A DNA stretch of 24,893 nucleotides, taken from a virus. Numbering within the stretch: the first letter of the stretch is position 1; every line of letters begins with the position of its first letter. The translations under genes and the position numbers were made by a program. Below the pieces are notes generated by a model that saw only the letters and a program-made list of their open reading frames with translations, had not been told where the DNA came from and did no database searches. The stretch lies in IMG/VR virus record IMGVR_UViG_2974665388_000001, positions 1-24,893 of that record. One strand, written 5' to 3'. This document shows positions 1 to 7,764 of this stretch, piece after piece.

Positions 1-30
1 TTGGGGGGACTGGGGCTCCCATTCGTTGCC

Positions 31-38
31 TTTATAAA
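31..38. promoter_or_regulatory. TATA box TTTATAAA (palindromic, possibly bidirectional)
   Basis: Lies 35 nt upstream of the first + strand ORF (TTG 73), in the divergent intergenic region shared across the junction with the only - strand gene. Confidence 0.55.
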
Positions 39-72
39 TCCTTGCAAGCCAATTAACAGGTTGGTGAGGGGC

Positions 73-174
73 TTGGGTGAAAAGGTGCTTAAGACTCCGT
101 GTAAGCAAAAGCCAGAGCTGTGTAAAAATGAGGAGAAAGTCAAGATATTGCCCGCTGGGGGTGAGGAAAAGTGA
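73..174 (+). CDS. Small 33-aa protein MGEKVLKTPCKQKPELCKNEEKVKILPAGGEEK (not in ORF track)
   Basis: SD GGTGAGGGG at 63-71, TTG start, TGA stop overlapping the GTG of the next ORF (GTGA); two Cys. Confidence 0.45.
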   Translation: MGEKVLKTPCKQKPELCKNEEKVKILPAGGEEK

Positions 175-407
175 GTGGAGGAGGGAAGCTCCCTGTAGAC
201 CCAAGCGAGATAAAGCAGATGCCTGAAGAGCAGCTACAGATGGGTATGAGCCTCCTAGAGCAGTTCCTGAAGGAGATAAAGGTTAAGGTGGAGCCGGACG
301 ACAAGGGAGTAAAGAGGATTGTCGTTGTTAGCTGGTATTATGAGATGCCAGACGAGGAAATGGCAAAGATTTTCGCTAAGAGTATAGCGGAGAGCCTCAG
401 GTCATAA
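171..407 (+). CDS. Hypothetical protein, 78 aa
   Basis: SD GGTGAGG upstream, natural composition, pyrimidine-rich tract downstream. Confidence 0.75.
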   Translation: MSGGGKLPVDPSEIKQMPEEQLQMGMSLLEQFLKEIKVKVEPDDKGVKRIVVVSWYYEMPDEEMAKIFAKSIAESLRS

Positions 408-441
408 TCCTCCTTCCAACCCCTTTCTTTAAGGTGGTATT

Positions 442-1068
442 ATGGGTAGGATTACTGTTGAGGAAGAGAGTGAGGTAAAGAAGGCTGCAAAGCGGGAGTC
501 TAGCAAGGAAGCATTAGACGTTGGGAGGCCTCTAGGCCCATTAAAAAAAGCGTATCCTGAGGCGTTTGAGAAGCTTACAGCCCTGGAGCACGCTACAGGG
601 AAGAAGAAGATAGAGATAATGGCTGAAGCAATAGAGTTCTATGCGGAACACGCCTTATTGGGGGAGGCTTTCAAGCGGATTAGGAATCTAGACCCGGATG
701 ATATTGAGGCTATATGGATAGTGTTCAACTATTTCGAGATGAAGGCGTGGAAGAGGCAGATGTTCATGGCTAAGGAGCTGATACAGGGAACAATAGGAGA
801 GGTCCTCAGGTGGAGGGAGGAGATTTATTCCGAGGCTTGGGAGCAGGCTAGGCAGTATTACGAGGAGAGGATTAGGAGGATGCAGCAGAGGGGAGACGAT
901 GCTAGGAGGAGGAGGGTGGAGGAGATAACAGAGAAGATTCTAGCGAGGCTTGAGCCTTTAGTTGAAGCAATGGTGGAGCAGATGCTTGCTCCAACTATGA
1001 AGGCAGCAGGGGTTAAAAAGAGGCCTATGGAGAATGTTAAAGTTACGGTAGAGGGCCTTGAGGATTAG
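442..1068 (+). CDS. Helical/coiled-coil protein with RHH-like segment, putative DNA-binding
   Basis: SD GGTGGT; PEAFEKLTALEHATGKKKIEIMAEAIEFY resembles the two helices of CopG-type RHH proteins; charged helical C-terminal half. Confidence 0.7.
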   Translation: MGRITVEEESEVKKAAKRESSKEALDVGRPLGPLKKAYPEAFEKLTALEHATGKKKIEIMAEAIEFYAEHALLGEAFKRIRNLDPDDIEAIWIVFNYFEMKAWKRQMFMAKELIQGTIGEVLRWREEIYSEAWEQARQYYEERIRRMQQRGDDARRRRVEEITEKILARLEPLVEAMVEQMLAPTMKAAGVKKRPMENVKVTVEGLED

Positions 1069-1294
1069 AATTGTAACTGAGGATTATGTTGCAATCATTT
1101 CTGTTAGAAGGGCAGCTTACCTCTATCCTCTTCTCCACTGTTTTGACTACAGGGACCCTAGGAGGTGTGTGATTGAGACTCTGAAGAGAAGAGGATATAC
1201 TGTCAAACACGGTTATGTTGATGAGCTAGGGGAGGTAATCGAGACTGAGAGGCATAAGATAGTTATTCAATATAATGAAAGAAAGGGTGATTGA
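1058..1294 (+). CDS. Hypothetical protein, 78 aa
   Basis: Overlaps the upstream gene, TTG start after GAGGG, natural composition. Confidence 0.65.
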   Translation: MRIRIVTEDYVAIISVRRAAYLYPLLHCFDYRDPRRCVIETLKRRGYTVKHGYVDELGEVIETERHKIVIQYNERKGD

Positions 1295-1297
1295 GGA

Positions 1298-1837
1298 TTG
1301 GTGAGGGGTGTGGCTAGAGAAAGAGAAGCGGGGTTTGAAAGGGTAATAGGGCTTGTTCTCACGCTTCCCCTAGTGCTTGTGATGACATGGCTCATATTCA
1401 ATGCAGCGGTAGCATTCGCTCAGCGAAAGGAGGAGACAGTTCAGGCTGGGTTGAAGGCAATAGAGACGTATAATGAGAGCACTGCTGTTGAGATACCTGA
1501 GGGCCCGATTGATTATCCTGTTGCCGTATTCGAGCCGGTTAATGGTGCTAGTCATTTCTCATACATTGAGGGCATAAAGATTGAGGACCTGAACCCAGGA
1601 GGATTTGATAGGATTATGGTTGCTGTAGAGGCGGAGCTGGGAAGCGGGGCAAGGGCAACTATAGTTCCGCCTACAGAGATAGCTGGGCCTGACACGCTTA
1701 GGTGGGTCCTTGACAGCGTCCCAACGGGTGATACTATAAAGAAGGTCCTCGTGTATATCTGGGGAGAGACGTTTAGAGCAGACCAGACCGCAACTGCAAC
1801 GATAAGGGTAACTGGGCTCCAGGCGAGGGTAACTTAA
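1298..1837 (+). CDS. Membrane-anchored beta-rich protein, putative virion/surface protein; paralog of 1844-2278
   Basis: N-terminal hydrophobic helix VIGLVLTLPLVLVMTWLIFNAAVAFA; shared motifs with the next ORF; likely start GTG 1310 after SD GGTGAGGGG. Confidence 0.75.
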   Translation: MVRGVAREREAGFERVIGLVLTLPLVLVMTWLIFNAAVAFAQRKEETVQAGLKAIETYNESTAVEIPEGPIDYPVAVFEPVNGASHFSYIEGIKIEDLNPGGFDRIMVAVEAELGSGARATIVPPTEIAGPDTLRWVLDSVPTGDTIKKVLVYIWGETFRADQTATATIRVTGLQARVT

Positions 1838-1843
1838 TAATAA

Positions 1844-2278
1844 ATGGAGCATGATGTAACGATTGGTGAGAGCGAAGTGCCGGTTTGGGAAAGCACGTTA
1901 AAGGGTCTTGCAATCCCCAAGGTCTTCAACGAGCAAAGGACTGGAAACATTAACTTCACGGGGAGCGGGACCCAGGATATCGAAACATTTGCTCCAGCGA
2001 ATGGGTTTGCCTATGTTGAGGGTGTTTATCTCAACTTGCAGAACCCAGGTACAGATGCTGTAACTGTTGATGTTGTTGCAGTCTATGATGATGCAACGGA
2101 AACAGTACTTGCATCCGTTAACCTCTCTGCTGGAGGAGCATTTGAAGACTGGCTAAGGTGGGCTTACGACGCTAAGACGAATGGGAAGACTGTAAAGCAA
2201 CTCAAGATAAGGGCAACTGCTGCTAGCAGCAATTCAGCTCTCAACTACACTGTCAGGGTTACTGGGACAGCACTCTAG
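1844..2278 (+). CDS. Beta-sandwich putative structural protein; paralog of 1298-1837
   Basis: T/A/V/N-rich beta pattern; motifs FAPANG, AYVEG, NPG, LRWAYD, TVRVTG are shared with the upstream ORF. Confidence 0.75.
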   Translation: MEHDVTIGESEVPVWESTLKGLAIPKVFNEQRTGNINFTGSGTQDIETFAPANGFAYVEGVYLNLQNPGTDAVTVDVVAVYDDATETVLASVNLSAGGAFEDWLRWAYDAKTNGKTVKQLKIRATAASSNSALNYTVRVTGTAL

Positions 2279-2287
2279 GTGAGTTGA

Positions 2288-2590
2288 ATGCCATTCTGGC
2301 AATCAGAGATTATCAAGGTTATAGTCAAGTACAAGGAGCCAGCAACAATAGAAAATGAGAAGGTTGAACGAGGGATACTAGAGACTGGTAACATTAGCTG
2401 GAGCTCGGGGGCCATAAACGAGTTCTTACTACTTCTTAACCCAAAGGGAGTTATGGATGTAGATTCGAAGAAGCAGCCAACACCATTTATGAATTCCGGA
2501 GGCAGGCCAACTGGGAACCACTTTAACTTAAACGCAAAGGCATCATATGAACACATTCCTCTTATTACATTCTCTGTCGAGGCTGCATAA
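2288..2590 (+). CDS. Hypothetical protein, 100 aa
   Basis: SD GGTGAG at 2278-2283, within the same gene run. Confidence 0.65.
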   Translation: MPFWQSEIIKVIVKYKEPATIENEKVERGILETGNISWSSGAINEFLLLLNPKGVMDVDSKKQPTPFMNSGGRPTGNHFNLNAKASYEHIPLITFSVEAA

Positions 2591-2634
2591 GATTATTAAT
2601 AAAAGGAGCCTCTCATAATCTGTGGTGCTTTGTC

Positions 2635-2766
2635 ATGAGCTTTAATGTCCCTACCGAGGCTGTCTCGAAAGCTAGCCTGGACGACCCCAATTGGGGGACA
2701 GGGGCCCATGAAATATTGATAAGCAAAGATTCACTTACTGAACTAGTTGAGAAAGGCACGGCTTAG
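2635..2766 (+). CDS. Small 43-aa protein MSFNVPTEAVSKASLDDPNWGTGAHEILISKDSLTELVEKGTA (not in ORF track)
   Basis: Fills the gap between genes, AT-rich TATA-like TATTAATAAA about 35 nt upstream, stop abuts the SD of the next gene. Confidence 0.5.
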   Translation: MSFNVPTEAVSKASLDDPNWGTGAHEILISKDSLTELVEKGTA

Positions 2767-2774
2767 GGGGTGGT

Positions 2775-3686
2775 ATGATGCCTCTATACAAGATTGAGGT
2801 GGGGAAAAGTAGCATAAAGGGTATTGTTGATGTTAATGGCGGTGTTAGAAGGAATCTCCAGCTTAGGCAGTTCTGGTCTCTCTTAACATCAATATTGCTT
2901 GACACGTCAGTAGCTCTCAGGGATACTGGAGGTTCTCAATATTCTGTTAACTATGGGAGTTCAAACCCGGACCTGGATGCTAGGATTGTGTTGGGCCAGG
3001 GAACGGACCCTCCTTCGTTTGGGCAGTATAACCTTGTGCAGTACTCGAAGGAGCTGCCTACAAACAAGGTTGTATCTGATGTCTCAGGTACTCCTCCATA
3101 CACGAGGGTAACTCTTTCAACTACTGCTGACATAGATGCACAGGAGCTCGGGATTAGGCAGGATATAAGATACTATTACCTGCTTACTAGGACTGTTCAG
3201 CAAGTAGCAATAGGAGACGTTCTGAACTATCATTTAGAGTTTAAGCAGCCCTGGCTGAAGAACTTTGCTTTATTCTGGTTTGGTAAGCTGAATAAGAGCA
3301 ATGTTGATGGGGTATTGGATGTTACTGGAGCTAGTAGGACGTTGAGGACGGCTGGGGATACAACTGCTGGAACTATGAGGCTGCTAATAAGCGAGGATAT
3401 TATAACGTGGAGCCCTACACTATATTCAATACCAAATGCGGTAGAGCTGACTGATTATCATTGGACCTTCTGGAGCAATGACAACTATGTTGTGCTAGTG
3501 TATCTTGCTAGCATAATACCGGCAGTAACTATGACGGTGAACACTATCGGGATAGTTCAGAGACTGTATGACTCGGGTGGGAACCAGTTTGATGCTCTCC
3601 TAGCTGCTTTGGACATATCATCCAGCCCATTGACCTTAGAAGCAAACAAGCACAACTTCATAATGCTGAAATTCGTGTTCCACTAG
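2775..3686 (+). CDS. Beta-rich putative fibre/appendage structural protein with internal duplication
   Basis: Motifs IVLGQGTDPPSFGQYNL and QELGI resemble tail-fibre/collar-type domains; the second half repeats the pattern (RLLISEDIITWSPTLYSI, NTIGI). Confidence 0.6.
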   Translation: MMPLYKIEVGKSSIKGIVDVNGGVRRNLQLRQFWSLLTSILLDTSVALRDTGGSQYSVNYGSSNPDLDARIVLGQGTDPPSFGQYNLVQYSKELPTNKVVSDVSGTPPYTRVTLSTTADIDAQELGIRQDIRYYYLLTRTVQQVAIGDVLNYHLEFKQPWLKNFALFWFGKLNKSNVDGVLDVTGASRTLRTAGDTTAGTMRLLISEDIITWSPTLYSIPNAVELTDYHWTFWSNDNYVVLVYLASIIPAVTMTVNTIGIVQRLYDSGGNQFDALLAALDISSSPLTLEANKHNFIMLKFVFH

Positions 3687-3693
3687 CTCGGCT

Positions 3694-3708
3694 AAACCCT
3701 TATCATAA
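3694..3708 (+). promoter_or_regulatory. BRE-TATA-like promoter AAACCCTTATCATAA
   Basis: Same AAACC(C)TT context as other intergenic promoters; upstream of SD GGGGTG and ATG 3741. Confidence 0.5.
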
Positions 3709-3740
3709 CTTTTTTGCTCTTACCTATTCTAGGGGTGCAT

Positions 3741-4526
3741 ATGAAGAGCGTTACGGCAGACCTTCCTTACCCCTACAAGTATGCTCATTGGCTCTGTGTA
3801 TCTATGAGAGCTAAGAGTATGAGTTATGAGGACAGGCTGGAGGCAGCCAGACAATGTTTAGCTGAGGGTAAGACGATAGGAATAGTAAACCTGTTTGGGC
3901 TCAAGCAGCCGTTGGACAGTCAGGGTTACAGGTACAGGTTTGACGGGGTTGCTTCAGTTGTTAGGAGGGATTCTAGGGTAGAGGTTGTTACTGAGAGGAG
4001 AGAGCGGGTTCCAGAGACGGTTTGGGAGAGGCTTGGTATGAGTGAGGAGCAGTACAGGCTGGGCATGAACTACTATAAAACTACTGCAAAAGAGCTGGCT
4101 GGAATATTTGATGTAAGCCTTGAGGAAGAGATTGAGAAGCTGTATAATAAGGCTTATGGGAGGATGACTCCTGAAGAGTTTGGAATAGAGCTTGCAAGGA
4201 TGATTAAGGACAGGCTTTTACAGCTTGTAAGAGAAGCTAGGAGGATGCAGGATGTTTTGAGAATGCTTGAGGAGAGGTATGGCATTAGGCTAGGCATAGA
4301 GGAGCCAACCGAGTTCATAAGGATTGTGGAGGAGGCTAGCCCTAGCAGCGTTATATCAATCCTATTCAAGGAGAACATCTACCAGATTGTCAGGTGGTAT
4401 AACAGGTTGAAGCGTGTTACAGAGCATGTCGAAGTTATAGAGAAGGCTGAGGAGTCTCTGAGGACAGGGAAGCTGCTAGTATCAGAGGAGGAGCTGAAAA
4501 GCTGCTTGAGGGCCTCCCAGAGCTAA
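3741..4526 (+). CDS. Protein with N-terminal His/Cys domain (paralog of 24377-24577) and helical C-terminus; C-terminus may be frameshift-truncated
   Basis: ATG 3741 after SD GGGGTG (track start 3714); alignable with 24377-24577; the -1 frame after 4500 continues to TGA 4607-4609. Confidence 0.75.
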   Translation: MKSVTADLPYPYKYAHWLCVSMRAKSMSYEDRLEAARQCLAEGKTIGIVNLFGLKQPLDSQGYRYRFDGVASVVRRDSRVEVVTERRERVPETVWERLGMSEEQYRLGMNYYKTTAKELAGIFDVSLEEEIEKLYNKAYGRMTPEEFGIELARMIKDRLLQLVREARRMQDVLRMLEERYGIRLGIEEPTEFIRIVEEASPSSVISILFKENIYQIVRWYNRLKRVTEHVEVIEKAEESLRTGKLLVSEEELKSCLRASQS

Positions 4527-4605
4527 GGGCAAGGTATGAGAGGCTATTACAGCAGTTTAAGGGAGGGCATACAGGTTTGAGATTCCAGGCTATGCTGTCG
4601 AGGAC

Positions 4606-5829
4606 TTGAATCATGTCTTTAGTATTAGTGGTGGGGATGTGTTTATAGTTCCATCTAGCTATGAAGTAGCATTTGTAACTCTCAACCCTGAATATACTGT
4701 AGCACTTGCCCTCTACCTCGACGTGAAGGTCGAGGGAACACCATTCCCCGTGAAGATTAGTAATGAGATAGTGCTAGAGCCGGGAGAGGTGGAGGTTAGG
4801 GAGAAGGCTGGGGTAGTAGAGGTTGTAGTAGCAGGAAGGAAGTACAGTGGTGCTCTGGCAAATCCAGAAGAGATACTGATGCCAGCGAAATTTGAAACAG
4901 TAGACATGCTCACAATTAGAGTTGATGTTGATGTGTTGAGGCTCATGAGGGACGTTAATACTGTAGCTTTATCGCTTGATGAGGATGTAGGCCTTGCTGA
5001 AGGAGACAACTGGGCTGTCATCGAGTTTGACAAGGATGGCAAGTTTGAGGCCGAGGCAGTGTTTCACGGTCGCTGGATAAGGCAGGCAGTACCTCCGAGC
5101 GTGTTTAGGGCGAGGAAGGATACAGTAACTATGAGGATTGCAAGGGATAGGCCTGTTATAGTTGAGGGTTATACTAGAGCTGGGCAACGGTTTGTTGCTG
5201 CAATAGGGCAATCTGTCGAGTCCCCAGGAATCCCATCAAGGTTCATATATCTTGAGCCAGAGTACATGAGGCCTAGTGAGCTCCTAGGCGTGCTTGAACT
5301 TGCATTTGATGTGGTGCTAGACTATTATAGCATATATGGAGTATTTACGCATTATGATTTCTTCAGTATAGGGCTCTCTAAAGGGGCTTCAGGAAGGTAC
5401 AGGTTGAGGCATAGCTTGCATGTGCCCAGGCCTATTAAGAGGGCAGTTGATATTGCAGGGGGGCTTCAAGCAGCACCGAGAGACGGTGTTTTAGACGTTA
5501 ATGGAGCCTTGCTAGAAGAGGTTGAGGAGCTACCTCGGGACATAGCAGAGGCAAAGGCTAGAGTAGAGGAGTATCAAATAGTTGAGGTATTCAACGTTAG
5601 AACGAAAGTGGATAGAGCTGAAATCAGGGATGGGGAGTTAATACTGTACAAGGGGAGGAGCGAGGTTCTAAGGATAAGCGTGCCTATATCAGGGGACTTT
5701 AGATTCGATAGCGAGCTGATACGGTACTTCACTCCAGGGGGGATAACGTTGATGGAGAGGGATGGGGAAGTTGCGTTGAGGTTTGAGAAGAGCTATAACA
5801 CATGGCTATTCGTGGAGGGGGTGAGATAA
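4606..5829 (+). CDS. Putative divergent sliding-clamp (PCNA-fold) protein with two fused PCNA-like units
   Basis: By-eye motifs: VAFVTLNPEYTVALALYL (PCNA AMDPSRVALIDL-like), KDTVTMRIARDRPVIVEGY (PCNA C-terminal strands), second unit ending GDFRFDSELIRYF...EVALRFEKSYNTWLFVEG. Coding is certain; the function is inferred. Confidence 0.55.
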   Translation: MNHVFSISGGDVFIVPSSYEVAFVTLNPEYTVALALYLDVKVEGTPFPVKISNEIVLEPGEVEVREKAGVVEVVVAGRKYSGALANPEEILMPAKFETVDMLTIRVDVDVLRLMRDVNTVALSLDEDVGLAEGDNWAVIEFDKDGKFEAEAVFHGRWIRQAVPPSVFRARKDTVTMRIARDRPVIVEGYTRAGQRFVAAIGQSVESPGIPSRFIYLEPEYMRPSELLGVLELAFDVVLDYYSIYGVFTHYDFFSIGLSKGASGRYRLRHSLHVPRPIKRAVDIAGGLQAAPRDGVLDVNGALLEEVEELPRDIAEAKARVEEYQIVEVFNVRTKVDRAEIRDGELILYKGRSEVLRISVPISGDFRFDSELIRYFTPGGITLMERDGEVALRFEKSYNTWLFVEGVR

Positions 5830-6293
5830 TGAACATAACTATGGAGGACATACAAAGGTTTATGGTTGGCTCGATAGGGATAGCTCTGATAGTTGCTATG
5901 GCAACGTTCATGAGAGAGGCTTTACTAGGTGATGAGCAGCCAAAGAAAACAGTTAGGGTTGTCCCTGGGGATGCTGCTTCTGCAATCCACGAGGTCCTAA
6001 GCACTAATGGCTATGTTTACATTGCAGTTGGGGAGGGGTGCAGCTACTGTCCAATAGCGTATTCAATGGTTGAGCTTGCTGGGATTCCAGTGAGAAAGAT
6101 AGTTGATATAAGGAACCTTAGAGACGAGGATGAAGTATGGAAGTTTGCAAGGACAGTTGGCATATCATCTGCTCCAGCACTTCTTCTTGTCGAGGATGGC
6201 AGGGTTGTAAGGGTTATAGAGTTCTCTGGGGATGTTGAAAAGGATAGGGAGGAGATTAAACGTGAGAAAGCTTATCTTGGGGCTGCATTCTAA
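5829..6293 (+). CDS. Membrane-anchored thioredoxin-fold protein (CSYC)
   Basis: GEGCSYCP CxxC motif, SAPALL cis-Pro loop, N-terminal TM helix; ATG 5829 after SD GGGGTGAG with TAATG coupling (track start 5802). Confidence 0.85.
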   Translation: MNITMEDIQRFMVGSIGIALIVAMATFMREALLGDEQPKKTVRVVPGDAASAIHEVLSTNGYVYIAVGEGCSYCPIAYSMVELAGIPVRKIVDIRNLRDEDEVWKFARTVGISSAPALLLVEDGRVVRVIEFSGDVEKDREEIKREKAYLGAAF

Positions 6294-6636
6294 AGGTGGC
6301 AGGGTTTCGTTCAGCGATTTCATTGAGATTGTAAAGAAGGAGAGGGCTTTTGCCCTGATATCAGGCCCTAACTGTAGGGAGTGTAGTGTGTTGAAGCACT
6401 TGCTGAAGGAGAGTGGTGCTGAGAGGTTCATAAAATACGAGCTTGAGATACCGGTTGATGATGAGGCTATTGAAGCTGCTCAGAAGGCGGGCATAATGCA
6501 TATCCCGATAATAGTTGACTGCTTCAGGGAGTGTGATATGATTATTGATGTGGACCCTTATAGGCAGTTTGAAGAGCTTGTTAGGAGGCTTGTTGGCTAC
6601 GGTTTAGCAGAGGTTAGGGAAGAGAAGGAGTTATAA
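6232..6636 (+). CDS. Thioredoxin/glutaredoxin-fold protein (CREC)
   Basis: ALISGPNCRECSVLK CxxC after a beta strand; HIPIIV cis-Pro loop. Confidence 0.8.
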   Translation: MLKRIGRRLNVRKLILGLHSKGGRVSFSDFIEIVKKERAFALISGPNCRECSVLKHLLKESGAERFIKYELEIPVDDEAIEAAQKAGIMHIPIIVDCFRECDMIIDVDPYRQFEELVRRLVGYGLAEVREEKEL

Positions 6637-6680
6637 TAAAAGCAACTGACTTTAGCTTGTGGTAGAGAGTGGGTGAGAAT

Positions 6681-6812
6681 ATGGCGAGCCCAGTAGACCT
6701 TGCGGCATTGTTTGGGCAGCTAGTGGGGATTCTGCCCTGGATAATGGTAATCGCATTACTGCCGGTCTTGATAAAGAGCATAGTAGAGGCGATAAGGGAG
6801 TTCAGGGCTTAG
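6681..6812 (+). CDS. 43-aa membrane peptide MASPVDLAALFGQLVGILPWIMVIALLPVLIKSIVEAIREFRA (MASP family; not in track)
   Basis: SD GGGTGAG; homologous N-terminus with 6826 and 20849. Confidence 0.85.
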   Translation: MASPVDLAALFGQLVGILPWIMVIALLPVLIKSIVEAIREFRA

Positions 6813-6825
6813 GGGGTGAGGAGTG

Positions 6826-6948
6826 ATGGCTAGTCCGTTCGACCTAAGTCAGATATTCCAGATGATAGTGCCAATAATGATGATACTCTTCGTGGTAATG
6901 CTTGTAAGCGTGCTCTTCAGGAGCCTCAGAGGAGCCTTCACAGCATAA
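6826..6948 (+). CDS. 40-aa membrane peptide MASPFDLSQIFQMIVPIMMILFVVMLVSVLFRSLRGAFTA (MASP family; not in track)
   Basis: SD GGTGAGGAG; homologous to 6681 and 20849. Confidence 0.85.
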   Translation: MASPFDLSQIFQMIVPIMMILFVVMLVSVLFRSLRGAFTA

Positions 6949-7017
6949 CACTAGCAGCACTAACGAGGCAGCCAAGCATATATCCAATCAAAGCATCTTT
7001 TTAACCCAGGGGCAGAG

Positions 7018-7236
7018 ATGACTGAAGACTGCAAAGTAGGGGTTAGATGTCCTGTCTGCAATACAGTATTCTTCATTGATAGGATGGCTCTTGCCCAAGG
7101 AGAGATAAAGTGCCCACATTGTGGGGCTTCTCTGGTATTAGTTCCTAAAGACCCAACGCTCTTAGCTCAAATGGCATTGTACAAGGAGCTCAGCTTAATA
7201 TTAAAGAAAGTTGAGAGAATGCTCGGTGGGGACTAG
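7018..7236 (+). CDS. Zinc-ribbon protein
   Basis: CPVC...CPHCG motif pair followed by a helix. Confidence 0.8.
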   Translation: MTEDCKVGVRCPVCNTVFFIDRMALAQGEIKCPHCGASLVLVPKDPTLLAQMALYKELSLILKKVERMLGGD

Positions 7237-7238
7237 CA

Positions 7239-7508
7239 ATGACGAGCCAGATAAAGGAGCTGGAGAGGAGGGTTTCGAAGCTGGAAGATAAAGTGAATGA
7301 TTTGGAGGTTGCTGTTGGGGACTTGAAGGTTGCTATTGGAAGGCTTGAGGCAAAGATAGACACCCTTGTTCAGCAAAATAAGGAGCTAGTATCAATTATA
7401 AAGTCGAGGAATACTGGCTCCCTCACGGTTTTATTAATAAAATATGTCGTGTTCCCTCTTATTGTCATTCTAGGGGGGTTGATTGGGCTCAAGCTCACAC
7501 TTCCTTAA
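7239..7508 (+). CDS. Coiled-coil protein with C-terminal TM anchor
   Basis: Heptad repeats (IKELERRVSKLEDKVNDLEVAVGDLKVAIGRLEAKID) followed by a hydrophobic helix. Confidence 0.8.
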   Translation: MTSQIKELERRVSKLEDKVNDLEVAVGDLKVAIGRLEAKIDTLVQQNKELVSIIKSRNTGSLTVLLIKYVVFPLIVILGGLIGLKLTLP

Positions 7509-7764
7509 ACAAATCATAAAGAAATGGTGGAGCTATGTTGGGAGGAATCCCCTGAAGAACTTGAGGAAGAGGCTTATACTGTGGTATGTTACCCTTGTTT
7601 TTTTGATATTAGCCGATGAATACGTTAAGGAGGGCTATATCCTGAGGCCTCGGGACTTCCTTATTCCATTTACGCATGAAAACCTTCTTCTCGTTTTAAC
7701 CCTAGCTTTTATAATTGCTTACTGGAAGCTCCTGGGTGGGAGGGATGATAGGGATAATAGCTGA
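7483..7764 (+). CDS. Small two-TM membrane protein (start uncertain)
   Basis: Two hydrophobic segments flanking DEYVKEGY...FTHE. Confidence 0.65.
   Translation: MGSSSHFLKQIIKKWWSYVGRNPLKNLRKRLILWYVTLVFLILADEYVKEGYILRPRDFLIPFTHENLLLVLTLAFIIAYWKLLGGRDDRDNS

Noticed and set aside
2288-2766. Shared W-[SG]-[ST]-GA-x(1,2)-E motif between the 2288 and 2635 proteins
   Set aside because: Only about five residues match, which could be chance.
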